This document shows positions 31,520 through 42,151 of a DNA stretch of 62,816 nucleotides, in pieces (within the stretch, counting starts at the first letter, position 1; every line of letters begins with the position of its first letter). A model generated the notes under the pieces. It did no database searches, was not told the DNA's origin, and was given only the letters and a program-made list of their open reading frames with translations. The position numbers were made by a program, and so were the translations under genes. The DNA is from Desulfamplus sp. (GTDB lineage: Bacteria; Desulfobacterota; Desulfobacteria; Desulfobacterales; Desulfobacteraceae), in the NCBI GenBank assembly GCA_015232935.1, contig JADFYT010000001.1, positions 1 to 62,816 of the forward strand. The letters are read 5' to 3'.

Positions 31520-31898
31520 ATGACGGGCCAAACTGTGCTGTAAAAAAACAGCGTCATCAGATAATCATCTTCATGACTCAAGGTCAACCAATTTTTCTTG
31601 ATTAAACTTCATCCTTTATAGCACTCAACTTTCCAGTGCTCATACTCGTTAAAATTCATATCTCATATGCATTGGATTTGATTCTTGATGATGATTATTG
31701 TTTTCGTTGCTGTTATGTTGATATAAGAAATAGTACATGTTATATTTTCAGCCTTTTTACAATAAAGGAATTTCTGTTTTTTCTTCATAATATCAATACT
31801 CGTGAGTCGTAACTTCTCATTTCCTGTACGATATGTCAGGGGTCAAACTCCAATTCAACACTACATGCAGTGGTAATTGGAAGAACTTGTTTTCATGA

Positions 31899-31976
31899 CA
31901 ACGGCCATGCCCTGATGGGCACAACAAAAAATTAAAGTCTCATGATTACAGCTATTTTTAATAGACTTTCACATAA
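31899..31976 (+). mobile_element. 78-bp miniature IS110-like element, type II
   Basis: ACGGCCATGCCCTGATGGGCACAAC...AAAGTCT...AGACTTTCACATAA. Confidence 0.72.
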
Positions 31977-31998
31977 AAAAGGAGCTTGAAAACCATAT

Positions 31999-33621
31999 AT
32001 GGCAGATAAATATTTCATAAAATATATTGATGTAAAAGAGCCTGTAGAGACAATTTTCGGATGGCACGAAAAACAGGGAGCTTTTGAACGTCTGACACCC
32101 CCCTGGATGAGACTCAAAAACATACACAAAACAGGAAACGGCATCAAAACCGGAGCCAGGGTGAATATGGATATATGCTTTGCAGGCATTCCGGTTCCGA
32201 TGAGGGCTGAACATACAGGATATGCAAAAAACAAATTTTTTAGAGACCGGCTGCATGGAGGCCCTTTTTCAAAGTGGGAACATACCCACACCTTTTATTC
32301 TCCTGCTGATAACGAAATACCCTCTACCGCAAACCGGAATCTCTCCTCTACTTCCAGCAATACACTTACTTCCGGCAACACACTCAAAACACCTGACAAC
32401 ACAATCGGCTTCTCCCCACACATAGCTATCTCAAGACTTGAAGACAGAATTGACTATGCCCTTCCCTTCCATATACCCGACAAATGGCATGAGTTTATCA
32501 AGGCAGAACTTTACCGCCTGTTTAACTACCGACACACTGTTATGGTAACAGATCTTGAACGACACAGAAATCACGAACTCCGTAAAAACCAGATGGATTC
32601 CAATGACGCACACACAACCAGCTTAAAACCCTTGTCTGTTTTGATATCTGGCGCAAGTGGCCCTGTGGGTAAAGCACTGATTCCATTTTTGACTACAGGC
32701 GGCCACAGAGTCATCAAACTTGTAAGGAATACTCCTTCAATAAAACATGATCCTGAAAATGGAGAGAGATCTTCAAAAGAGATATCAAATATTACAGACA
32801 AACCGGTTCTGAAAGCTGTTAATGAAATAAAGTGGGATCCTTACACAGGGATGCTTGATCTTGAACCGGCGGGCAAAATCGACGTAGTGATAAACTTGAA
32901 TGGCTATCACATAGGGTCAGGAAGATGGACTGACCAGAGAAAAGATATCATAATCAAAAGCAGAAATCTCTCCACTACCCTTTTGGCTGACCGCATAGCG
33001 TTACTTCCTTCCGACCTCAGGCCTGAGCTTTTTATTTCAGCGTCAGCCACAGGTTTTTACGGAGATTGCGGAGATGAATGCTTGAATGAAAACAGTTGCA
33101 GCGGTAATCTGTTTATCTCTCAAGTATGCCAGGAATGGGAAAATTGTGCCATCAAGGCTCAAGAGGCAGGAATCAGAACTGTATTTGCCCGTATGGGTGT
33201 CGTGCTTACACCTGCGGGCGGGGCACTTGAGCGGCTTCTTCCGGGTTTTATGATGGGACTTGGGGCAAAAATAGGAAGCGGTGAACAGTACATGAGCTGG
33301 ATCAGCATGGATGATCTTGTATATGCTCTGCACCATATTATAATGAACAACTCAATTCATGGAGCGGTAAATATAATCTCCCCCAATCCTGTAACCAATT
33401 CTGTTTTTACGCAAACGCTTGGCAAAGTTCTCTCACGACCTGCCAGATTTACCCTGCCAGCCTCTTTGATCCGCATGGTATGGGGTGAAATGGGTCATGA
33501 GGTACTTCTGGCAAGCACCAGGGTTACACCGGAAAGGCTTATAAATTCAGGGTTCAAATTTTCACATCCAAGCCTTGAACAGGCACTGTGCCACCTGCTT
33601 GGCAAAATTGGAAATGATTAA
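31999..33621 (+). CDS. SRPBCC domain fused to TIGR01777/YfcH-like NAD-dependent epimerase
   Basis: GAFERLTPPW, GPFSKWEHTH, ISGASGPVG, SASATGFYG, MSWISMDD. Confidence 0.88.
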   Translation: MADKYFIKYIDVKEPVETIFGWHEKQGAFERLTPPWMRLKNIHKTGNGIKTGARVNMDICFAGIPVPMRAEHTGYAKNKFFRDRLHGGPFSKWEHTHTFYSPADNEIPSTANRNLSSTSSNTLTSGNTLKTPDNTIGFSPHIAISRLEDRIDYALPFHIPDKWHEFIKAELYRLFNYRHTVMVTDLERHRNHELRKNQMDSNDAHTTSLKPLSVLISGASGPVGKALIPFLTTGGHRVIKLVRNTPSIKHDPENGERSSKEISNITDKPVLKAVNEIKWDPYTGMLDLEPAGKIDVVINLNGYHIGSGRWTDQRKDIIIKSRNLSTTLLADRIALLPSDLRPELFISASATGFYGDCGDECLNENSCSGNLFISQVCQEWENCAIKAQEAGIRTVFARMGVVLTPAGGALERLLPGFMMGLGAKIGSGEQYMSWISMDDLVYALHHIIMNNSIHGAVNIISPNPVTNSVFTQTLGKVLSRPARFTLPASLIRMVWGEMGHEVLLASTRVTPERLINSGFKFSHPSLEQALCHLLGKIGND

Positions 33622-33879
33622 AAATGCCAGAAGAAACCTGAAAATTTTATTTGAGGAAGTCAGTGCAAATCAATTTGCCGTTTTAAAAAAACGATTCACT
33701 GCGGTGTGAATGCTCCAAGTTGTTAAAGCGGTATTTTAAAAAAAATGCTCTAAATTGTTAAAGCGGTATTTAAAAAACTACGGACTCCCTTATGTCAACA
33801 GCGCATATCATGACGAGAGATGTTTTGAATTAATGATGAGATCAAAGAATGACCGGAAGCTGAAGGAGGATGGTGAAAA

Positions 33880-36800
33880 ATGAGCCTGAGAAAAACAACC
33901 CTGCTCATCATTATATTTTGTTTCACGATACTTGTTGCAACTCTTTTTATTACAACCCGGAACATCACTTACAATAAATTTGAAGCACTTGAAGACAAAT
34001 TCATAATAGCCAACCTTAATCGCAGTATGAATGCTATTTCAGCAATCATCACAAATCTTGACATGCTGGTTGCAGACTGGGCATTCTGGGATGACACCTA
34101 CCTATTTTTACAAGGAAAAAAAGAGGATTACATAACATCTAATCTTCCTATTCAAACCTTTAATAACCAGAACAACAATATTATTATTCTGCTCAATACA
34201 AAAAAAGAGCTGGTCTGGGGAAAATACCTTTCTCCATCAGGAGAGGAGTTGCTTGCATTGCCGCCAGGGACTATAGAGACGGTTACCCGGTTTATTAACA
34301 ATCCAGCTGAACCCGGAGACAACAAAAAAGGTTTTAAAGGCATTCTTTTATCTGGAAACTTGATCTACATGGCTGCATGTCGGCCGGTATTGACAAGCAA
34401 CCAGGAGGGACCATCTGTTGGATGGTGCTTCATGGCACGGGAACTTGAGCATAAAACTGTCGAGAGCCTGGAAGAGCGTATAGAGCTGGATCTGGAGATT
34501 GCCGGAATTGATGACAAGAAGATGCTTGTGCATCTTTCTGATTCACCATTAATAGAAAAGGAAAAGGATTCTCTGGTATGTTTCGGTATTATCAAGGATC
34601 TTAAAGGAGAACCTGCCGCTGTTATAAGTGTAAGAGCATCCAGAGAAATTTTTGCTTCAGGGGTAGCTGTATTGCACATGATCCTCATGGCCATTATTGT
34701 CACTGGTCTTTTCATGGGGGGACTCTCAATGTTTTTTCTTGAAAAAGGAGTTCTCAAACGGATATTGACACTTAATTCTCAAGTGCAGTCTGTCACCAAA
34801 TCCTGTATTAACAAGGGGGTAGGCATACCAGGAAACGACGAGATCGCGTCTCTTGCCAGAAGCATACAAAATATGCTGGTCAAGCTGCAGGAAAATGAAT
34901 CATTCCTAACCCAGATTCTTGCCTCCATTCCGGCAGGAATTGTTGTTATTGATGAAAAATCAGGTGTTATCAAGGAAATCAGCCTGAACGCCCTTCGCAT
35001 GCTTGACAAAAAATATGAAGATGTGGTCGGAACAAATTACATTCAGTTTCTGTTACCATACCCGGCTGAAATATTTGAGAGTCTCGAAGAGGACAGAGAT
35101 CATAACCGGATTATTATCAAATCCATGGAAACCATCCTTATAACTACAAATGGCGATGAGATTCCGGTCATTAGATCTGTTGCCAGAATAATAAGAGAGG
35201 GCAGACCCATGCTGCTTGAAATGTTCCTGGATTTTACAGATCTTCATGAAGTGCAAAAAGCATTAAGTGAGTCTGAAGAAAAATACAAAACTCTCTTTAT
35301 GAACACCGGCAATGCCGCCATTCTTGTTGCCGAGGACACAACCATCAGGCTTGCCAACCAGGAGTTCATAAAACTTGCCAAAGTTCCAGGAACTGAATGG
35401 GTGGAAGGCAGATCCTGGGTGGATTTCTTTCATACTGAAGAGGTGAACAGGATGATGGAATTTCACAAATTACGAAGAAGCGATCAAAGTCATGCCGCAC
35501 CAAGGCAGTACGAAACCCGTTTCATTAACCACCATGGTGAAATACGGTTTGTAAGCCTTACCGTGGCCATGCTTCCAGGAACAACCATGAGCGTATGCTC
35601 CATACTCGACATAACAGACTGGAAAAAAGCCGAACAGGATCTTGCAAAAAAGGCCTTTTTTGACTCTCTTACCAATCTTCCCAACCGTCAGCTATTCAAT
35701 AACCGGCTTGAACATGCACTTGACTTTGCCCGCCGCAATGAAAACATGATCGGGGTTTTTCTTCTGGATATTGATGATTTTAAAAACGTAAATGACAGTA
35801 TGGGGCACCAATCCGGTGACAAGGTTTTACAGGAGATATCCATGAGGCTTAACAATCGCCTCCGCAGATGTGATACCCTCGCCAGGCTCGGTGGCGATGA
35901 ATTCAGCCTGATTATTCAGGATCTTGATGATATCGGAGAGCTGTGCAAGATTGCTGATACTATAATTGATGATTTCAAGCTGCCGTTCACTATAAACTCC
36001 ATGGAATTTTATTTAGGTGTGAGCATTGGTATATCCGTCTTTCCAAATGATGGACATGATGCTGAAATGTTGATTAAAAACGCCGATCTTGCCATGTATC
36101 AATCAAAACAGCAAGGAAAAAACAGATACAAGATTTTTACTGAAGAGCTAAATTCCAAAGCACAACGAAGAGTGGCTCTTGAAAGAGATCTGCGTCAGGC
36201 CATTGCGACAGAGAACTTTGAGGTGTACTACCAGCCCAAAATATTTATTGAAAATGGTACAGTTTATGGTATGGAGGCACTTGTAAGGGGCAAAAGAGCG
36301 GACGGAACCATGATCCCCCCTGGTGAATTTATCCCGTTTGCAGAGGAGAGCGGCCTTGTAGTGCCTCTTGACATGATTGTTCTGAAAAAAGCATGCCTTG
36401 ATACTGTACGCTGGATCAGCCAGAATAACAGTTCAAGCGACAAGAACCCGAGCGATAATAATGGCCAGAGCTACAAGAACAACCTGAACGGCAAGAATAA
36501 TCATGGTCGTTTGATCAATCAAAAAGACAGGAACAGCCGGAACCTTGTTGTATCTGTCAATATTTCAACAAGACATTTCCATATTAAAGGATTTGTAGAG
36601 TCTGTTCAGGAGATCCTCAAACTGACAGGCCTTCCGCCATCATCTCTTGAACTTGAAGTGACTGAAACAGCCTTGATGAAGGATATCAGCCAGGCAATGA
36701 ACGCCATCGAACAGCTAAGCAGCCTTGGCATCTCATTTTCCCTGGATGACTTTGGCACAGGCTATTCCTCTCTTTACTATCTGAGCAACCTGCCATTTCA

Positions 36801-37047
36801 AACCTTGAAAATTGATAAAAGCTTTATTGACCATATATGTGATGAGGAGGACAATTCATCAGAACTTGTCAAAATAATCACCTCTCTGGCCGGCAACATG
36901 AACATGAAGGTTGTTGCTGAAGGTGTTGAAACAAAAGAACAGCTTGATCGTCTCCGTTTGCTTGGATGTGATCAGGCCCAGGGCTACCTTGTTTCAAGAC
37001 CCCTTCCCGCAGAAAAATTTGAGGATTTTCTTCTATCTTCATATTAA
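33880..37047 (+). CDS. CHASE4-HAMP-PAS-GGDEF-EAL c-di-GMP enzyme
   Basis: DWAFWDDTY, GGDEF, EAL, DDFGTGYSSL. Confidence 0.93.
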   Translation: MSLRKTTLLIIIFCFTILVATLFITTRNITYNKFEALEDKFIIANLNRSMNAISAIITNLDMLVADWAFWDDTYLFLQGKKEDYITSNLPIQTFNNQNNNIIILLNTKKELVWGKYLSPSGEELLALPPGTIETVTRFINNPAEPGDNKKGFKGILLSGNLIYMAACRPVLTSNQEGPSVGWCFMARELEHKTVESLEERIELDLEIAGIDDKKMLVHLSDSPLIEKEKDSLVCFGIIKDLKGEPAAVISVRASREIFASGVAVLHMILMAIIVTGLFMGGLSMFFLEKGVLKRILTLNSQVQSVTKSCINKGVGIPGNDEIASLARSIQNMLVKLQENESFLTQILASIPAGIVVIDEKSGVIKEISLNALRMLDKKYEDVVGTNYIQFLLPYPAEIFESLEEDRDHNRIIIKSMETILITTNGDEIPVIRSVARIIREGRPMLLEMFLDFTDLHEVQKALSESEEKYKTLFMNTGNAAILVAEDTTIRLANQEFIKLAKVPGTEWVEGRSWVDFFHTEEVNRMMEFHKLRRSDQSHAAPRQYETRFINHHGEIRFVSLTVAMLPGTTMSVCSILDITDWKKAEQDLAKKAFFDSLTNLPNRQLFNNRLEHALDFARRNENMIGVFLLDIDDFKNVNDSMGHQSGDKVLQEISMRLNNRLRRCDTLARLGGDEFSLIIQDLDDIGELCKIADTIIDDFKLPFTINSMEFYLGVSIGISVFPNDGHDAEMLIKNADLAMYQSKQQGKNRYKIFTEELNSKAQRRVALERDLRQAIATENFEVYYQPKIFIENGTVYGMEALVRGKRADGTMIPPGEFIPFAEESGLVVPLDMIVLKKACLDTVRWISQNNSSSDKNPSDNNGQSYKNNLNGKNNHGRLINQKDRNSRNLVVSVNISTRHFHIKGFVESVQEILKLTGLPPSSLELEVTETALMKDISQAMNAIEQLSSLGISFSLDDFGTGYSSLYYLSNLPFQTLKIDKSFIDHICDEEDNSSELVKIITSLAGNMNMKVVAEGVETKEQLDRLRLLGCDQAQGYLVSRPLPAEKFEDFLLSSY

Positions 37048-37057
37048 GTCAGAGGAT

Positions 37058-37132
37058 TTAATTATGAAGATAGATTTCCAGAAAAGTCTTTTCATCCCTC
37101 CGAGGGTTTTAGCCCCATGGCGACATGGTTCC
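37058..37132 (-). mobile_element. Degenerate miniature IS110-like element
   Basis: TTTTCATCCCTCCGAGGGT...hairpin...CATGG resembles TTTTTCATCCTCGGGGGT...CATG of the IS110 end. Confidence 0.4.
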
Positions 37133-37214
37133 AAATTTTTTTTGCCAATTTTAAAACCATAATAGATGCACAATTCAGACATTTAACAAGATAGATGTAT
37201 TAAGGAGATATTTA

Positions 37215-38480
37215 ATGGACAGGAGTTTGAAGTTTTTTTTCAGCATAATGATGATAATAGCACTGTGTTTCGGATACGCGGCTATCTACTTTCCCCTTGA
37301 AAACCATGATTTTGAGCGGCTTCATATTTTTCTTTTCAATCTTTGTACCGGTGGCACCATTATTCTATACTTTACAGAGGGAACTGGCCGTCTTTCCGCC
37401 CGTACTTGGCTGTTTTTGCTCTTTTCACTTCTTTATTCCCTGTTCGCCTTTCTCAAGATATATCCTGTGACCATATTTATATCATTAGGCCTTGCATCTA
37501 TTGTGGAGAGTTTAAGAATTGAAAGGTTCTCCTTGTTTCCGTGGAATTTCTTTAGCATGAGGGAGCCGGTTTCCGCCAAATTTCATCAGGCGTCGCTGCT
37601 ATGCCTCTCTATCGGGCTTCTGATGTCAAGCGCGGTTATCATCAACAATGAATTCATCCACGCGGTAACTATGGACAAACTGGTGCTGAACACATTTTTT
37701 CTTGGATTCTCCTTTCCCCTGTCTCTGATTACTTTGTCTGTTATTTTTTCAATGATAAGAACCAATGGAGATCCCAAACAGACTGTAACCCTTAAAAACA
37801 AAGGATCTAACTGCGTTAGCAGCACATACAACACAAACCACGAGTCAAAAACTGCAAATAGAACCCGCATTAATGCCGGAAAAAGAAAAACAGGGGTCTT
37901 CAGATATTGCGGTTCAGGGAAACCAGATATTGAAAACATAAACAACATTCTGTCAGTAGTTTGTTTCTGGGCCATCAACCTTGGAGTGATTATATTTTTT
38001 GTATTTATTCTGTTTGAGAAATTTTATCCTCAGCTTTTTGTTACATCCATTTTGTTCATTGCGGTCATAACTGTATTTCGTCTTTACCGAAAGTTTGGAC
38101 AAAAAATGCAGCAGAAACAGTTTCTCTCTTCAGGCATTGGATTTTTAATTGCGACAGCAATTTCCGGAATTATCTATATCCTTTACCAGATGGCTCCTGA
38201 TTATAATCCCGAGAATACCAAATGGCTCCTCAGGATTCATACCTTTGCATCTCTTTATGGGTGGAATCTTTGCGGTCTTGCAGTTATATGCAGGTTCAAG
38301 GATTTCCCCATACGACTCCACTCCGGTGTGGTAATAGCTATCCACTGGCTTACGGCTATTGTGCTTGCCCCGCTTGGAACACACTTTGTTTTTTTCGCAC
38401 TTATGGCTGTAGCTGGCTATATTTTCATTGTTGTTACCCTGTTTTTCAGCAACATAAGCACACGTCAAAGAACCTGGTAA
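37215..38480 (+). CDS. Polytopic membrane protein of unknown function
   Basis: About 11-12 hydrophobic segments; AAGGAG RBS. Confidence 0.8.
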   Translation: MDRSLKFFFSIMMIIALCFGYAAIYFPLENHDFERLHIFLFNLCTGGTIILYFTEGTGRLSARTWLFLLFSLLYSLFAFLKIYPVTIFISLGLASIVESLRIERFSLFPWNFFSMREPVSAKFHQASLLCLSIGLLMSSAVIINNEFIHAVTMDKLVLNTFFLGFSFPLSLITLSVIFSMIRTNGDPKQTVTLKNKGSNCVSSTYNTNHESKTANRTRINAGKRKTGVFRYCGSGKPDIENINNILSVVCFWAINLGVIIFFVFILFEKFYPQLFVTSILFIAVITVFRLYRKFGQKMQQKQFLSSGIGFLIATAISGIIYILYQMAPDYNPENTKWLLRIHTFASLYGWNLCGLAVICRFKDFPIRLHSGVVIAIHWLTAIVLAPLGTHFVFFALMAVAGYIFIVVTLFFSNISTRQRTW

Positions 38481-38511
38481 AGTTCTCCACTTTAGCCCAA
38501 AAGGGACAATC

Positions 38512-39537
38512 ATGAGCCATATTCAGAAACTTGAGAAATTCATATCCCTCTTTTCACCGGACAACAGGGTGCTTGTTGTCATCAATGCGGATCCTGATGC
38601 CATTGCAAGTGCCATGGCAGTCAAGCGTCTTCTGTGGCGAAAGGTAAGCGAGGTCAAGATCACATATTTTAATGAGATCCGACGACCAGACAATCTTACC
38701 ATGCTGAGGGTTTTGAATATAGATATTATCCCCATCAAAGAGATTGATGAAAAAAATTTCGATAAGTTTGTAGTTGTGGATTCTCAGCCCGATCACCACG
38801 AATGCTTTGCAATGTTCCGTTATGACGCCATTATTGACCACCATCCTCTTTCCTGTGATTGTGCTGTTTTCAATGATATACGTCCTGAGTATGGGGCGTG
38901 TTCCACAATGATGACCGAATATATAAAGGCTGCGGATATCAAACCATCAAAACCTCTTGCAACAGCCATGCTTATGGGAATCAAGACAGATACATCCGGT
39001 TTTTTGCGTCAAACTGCCATGGAAGATGTAAGAGCCTTCCAGTTTCTATACAAATATGCGAATCCATCGTTGATAGCCAGAATCGAACATGCTGAATTCA
39101 GGGAAAAGGATGTTGACTTTATTGCAAGAGCCATCAGAAAAAAAAAGATCATCAACCACAGGGTATACGCCCATACCGGTAAAATTGAAAACCCGGATCA
39201 ATGCGTAATCACAGCGGATTTTTTCATGAAAATCGACAGTGCCAACTGGAGCATTGTTTCTGGTATCTACAACCAGAAACTGATCATTATCATAAGAAAT
39301 GACGGTCTGCGTAAAAGTGCGGGCAACACGGTCAAACAGGCGTTTGATTTCATTGGCTCAGCCGGTGGTCACCGTACCATGGCAAGGGTTGAAATAAAAA
39401 TGGAAGATCTGGCAAAAGAATTATCTGTGTCTCACTCTCAAGCCATCTCTTCTGGCTCTCATGCTATTGATGACTCTTTTATTTCTGAGTGGATCATTGA
39501 AAAAATAGAACTTCATGCAGGTACCAAGACAGAGTAG
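38512..39537 (+). CDS. DHH family phosphoesterase
   Basis: ADPDA, VVVD, IDHH, TDT, AGGH. Confidence 0.9.
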   Translation: MSHIQKLEKFISLFSPDNRVLVVINADPDAIASAMAVKRLLWRKVSEVKITYFNEIRRPDNLTMLRVLNIDIIPIKEIDEKNFDKFVVVDSQPDHHECFAMFRYDAIIDHHPLSCDCAVFNDIRPEYGACSTMMTEYIKAADIKPSKPLATAMLMGIKTDTSGFLRQTAMEDVRAFQFLYKYANPSLIARIEHAEFREKDVDFIARAIRKKKIINHRVYAHTGKIENPDQCVITADFFMKIDSANWSIVSGIYNQKLIIIIRNDGLRKSAGNTVKQAFDFIGSAGGHRTMARVEIKMEDLAKELSVSHSQAISSGSHAIDDSFISEWIIEKIELHAGTKTE

Positions 39538-39761
39538 TCAACCAAACTAATGCTTCCTCAAGTTCAAAGTGTCTGGCCTGTTTTAAGAAGATTTAATGCT
39601 TGGAGATCTTTTTCACCAGACAGCTAAACCTTGAAAGAGTACTAACCGTAAAAAAAATAGCTTGAATCGACCTATCCACGCCCAAAGGACGTGGTTTTCT
39701 AAAGACAAATAAAACCATGTTTTTTACCACAATTTCATCAATCACTTCCAAAATCATCACC

Positions 39762-39777
39762 TGGCACCAAGTTTGCA
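39762..39777 (+). promoter_or_regulatory. Sigma54 -24/-12 promoter
   Basis: TGGCACCAAGTTTGCA, a near-perfect TGGCAC-N5-TTGCW. Confidence 0.75.
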
Positions 39778-39914
39778 TCTTATATTTATAACAGGATTTG
39801 ATTATAACTTGAAGGCAAACTTAAAGTTGACAACAGACTGAAAGTGTCATTTGGGCTTACATGTTATAAATAACCACCTTTTTAATCAACGATTGATTCA
39901 CGGAGGTAGATGAG

Positions 39915-40262
39915 ATGAGACTTAAAGATATAAAAAATAATCTGAATATTGTAAATGCCGTTGACTGGGATATGACTCCTGAAGAGGCTATTGCCCTCCA
40001 TCTTGAATGGGGGCAGTTGAGAGGGCAGGCATATTACAGGGATCACAATAATGAAACTGTATATTTCGCAATTAATACATGGAAAAAACCACCTATAGTA
40101 ACCCTGATAAAACGTAAAGGGTTTGATTCAGAAGAGCTGTCAACATTCAGAATGCCGAAAAAAATTGAAAATAAATTTATAGAGTCTCACGGAAAACATA
40201 AAGGCGTATTTGCTGTGGATGGAGAGGTCAGAGAGTGGCTTAAAAAAGAGCTGGATTGTTGA
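39915..40262 (+). CDS. DVU0772-like conserved protein
   Basis: VDWDMTPEEAIALHLEWG and GVFAVDGEVREWL; GGAGG RBS. Confidence 0.75.
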   Translation: MRLKDIKNNLNIVNAVDWDMTPEEAIALHLEWGQLRGQAYYRDHNNETVYFAINTWKKPPIVTLIKRKGFDSEELSTFRMPKKIENKFIESHGKHKGVFAVDGEVREWLKKELDC

Positions 40263-40331
40263 TATTGGCTGTATAACAGGACTGTCACGCCAAGGCAGGA
40301 TGATTATAAGGATAAGCGGTTCAAGATTTTG

Positions 40332-40376
40332 AAACCCCACCTTCTGGGTCTGTGATTCGGAAGGTGGGGGTTTTTT
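40332..40376. terminator. Intrinsic terminator between convergent genes
   Basis: CCCCACCTTC...GAAGGTGGGG stem followed by a T run. Confidence 0.7.
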
Positions 40377-40403
40377 ATAAATTTTCAACTGAGTCCAGCC
40401 AGA

Positions 40404-40562
40404 TTACTCTTTTGAAAAATCCTCTTTTGAAGCACCGCAGATAGGACATTTCCAGTCATCAGGAATACTGTTAAAATCTGTACCGGCGTCAATTCCATTA
40501 TCAGGATCACCAACTTCAGGATCATACACATAACCACAAAGATCACATACATACTTATCCAT
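40404..40562 (-). CDS. rub: Rubredoxin (52 aa; absent from the ORF track)
   Basis: [52 protein letters not shown]; AAGGAG RBS. Confidence 0.95.
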   Translation of the reverse strand: MDKYVCDLCGYVYDPEVGDPDNGIDAGTDFNSIPDDWKCPICGASKEDFSKE

Positions 40563-40716
40563 AACTACAATTCTCCTTCAATTTTAAATTTTTAACAAAT
40601 GGCTGAAAATACGCCTGACGAGTAACACATAGAACAAATGAGTGACGCATAAAACAAAAATACTACTTTATTAAATCTACTTGAGATAGCCTTCCACACC
40701 TTCTCTCTCTGAAAAA

Positions 40717-40917
40717 TCAGAATGCCTTACCAGACTCAACACCAATCGATTTCAGTACGTAAGCCAGAGGGCAGAAGCCTGTAAAGGCGGCCTGGGTCAT
40801 ATTTGCACCAACAAAGGCAGTCAGCCATAGCCAGTGAATGCTATGTGAAACTGCAAATATGACACTCAAAAGGATTAAAGTTCCAGCGAATGCAAAAACT
40901 ATTCTGTCAATATTCAT
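40717..40917 (-). CDS. DUF2892/YgaP-like small membrane protein
   Basis: [18 protein letters not shown] motif. Confidence 0.85.
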   Translation of the reverse strand: MNIDRIVFAFAGTLILLSVIFAVSHSIHWLWLTAFVGANMTQAAFTGFCPLAYVLKSIGVESGKAF

Positions 40918-41089
40918 GATCTTAAGGCTCCTTTATAAATTTGGCCTTCAGGCCGTAAAACCCAAGGATTCATACTTGGGATACAAGTTCGGTTTAGCGT
41001 TTTGGCTAGAGCACAGTTCATCTGTTTCAACCCAGAAGCAATTGCAGCCAGGCAGCTCATTTTTTGTTGCTCAGAAGATGCCCTGAATA

Positions 41090-42106
41090 TCAATACTCCA
41101 TCTCTTCCTTGGATAATCTACCCTGAAACAGCTTGTATGTCCACATCTGATACCCGATTACCACAGGAATAAAAATCACAACCACACCCAGCATTATCGT
41201 AAGGGTCATTGGGCTTGACGAATCATTAAACGCGGTCAGATGATACTTTGAGTCTATAAGCGATGGGAAAAGAACAGGAAAGAGGCCGATAATTCCAAAG
41301 AAGGTACAACTTACAATAGTAAGGGCGGAAGAACACCAGGCTTTAAAATATTCCCTCCTTGCAAGAAAAAATTTTACTATCAGAAGAGAGATTACAGAAA
41401 TGGCAATAACCAGAACAAAAGCGGGGTTTTTTATGTAGTTATCATAGAGACGGGTTGCAAAAGCAGAGGCAACGAGAAAAATAACAGCCACAGGTACCAG
41501 AACCAACCATATCTTTTGTGCAAGTGCTGTCACCCTCTCATGCAAGTCACCTTCTGTTTTCATGGCAAGCCAGTTGGCACCATGAAGCATGAAAAGCAGA
41601 AGAAACAACAGCCCTCCAAGAACACCGTAAGGATTCAGAAGCATCAGGATATTCCCGTGGTAAATTCCTTGGCCATCAAACGGAATGCCCCTGAAAATAT
41701 TGGCAAATGCCACACCAAAAAGAAGAGCGGGAACAAAGCTGCCGATAAATATGCAAAGATCCCATATTCTCTTCCAGCCTTGATTCTCAATCTGTCCCCT
41801 GAATTCAAATGCAACTCCTCTTAAAATAAGGGCGAATAGAATAAGCAGCAACGGAGTATAAAGCGAAGAGAACATAACCGCATAAACCTTGGGAAATGCT
41901 GCAAAGGTGACCCCGCCGGCAGTAATTAGCCAAACCTCGTTACCATCCCAGAATGGACCTATGGAGTTAATCATCGCTCTTTTATCCTCCTCAGACTTGC
42001 CCAGAACAGGATAAAGCGTTCCAACGCCAAAATCAAAGCCATCTGTCATGAAGAAGATTGCCCATAAAAGGCCCCATAGGAAAAACCATATTGTCTGTAG
42101 AATCAT
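41090..42106 (-). CDS. cydB: Cytochrome bd oxidase subunit II
   Basis: DGFDFGVG, PFWDGNEVWL, RGVAFEFR. Confidence 0.96.
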   Translation of the reverse strand: MILQTIWFFLWGLLWAIFFMTDGFDFGVGTLYPVLGKSEEDKRAMINSIGPFWDGNEVWLITAGGVTFAAFPKVYAVMFSSLYTPLLLILFALILRGVAFEFRGQIENQGWKRIWDLCIFIGSFVPALLFGVAFANIFRGIPFDGQGIYHGNILMLLNPYGVLGGLLFLLLFMLHGANWLAMKTEGDLHERVTALAQKIWLVLVPVAVIFLVASAFATRLYDNYIKNPAFVLVIAISVISLLIVKFFLARREYFKAWCSSALTIVSCTFFGIIGLFPVLFPSLIDSKYHLTAFNDSSSPMTLTIMLGVVVIFIPVVIGYQMWTYKLFQGRLSKEEMEY

Positions 42107-42151
42107 TTTTTTAAAACTCCTTTTTAATTCTTAATCATATAATGTTCAAAG

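Noticed and set aside
31618-31642. CIRCE/HrcA operator (TAGCACTC...CAGTGCTCA)
   Set aside because: Spacer is 7 bp instead of 9, the second arm is imperfect, and no chaperone gene is adjacent.
39674-39698. IS605-like hairpin CCACGCCCAAAGGACGTGG as an active element
   Set aside because: Isolated hairpin with no tnpA or tnpB nearby.
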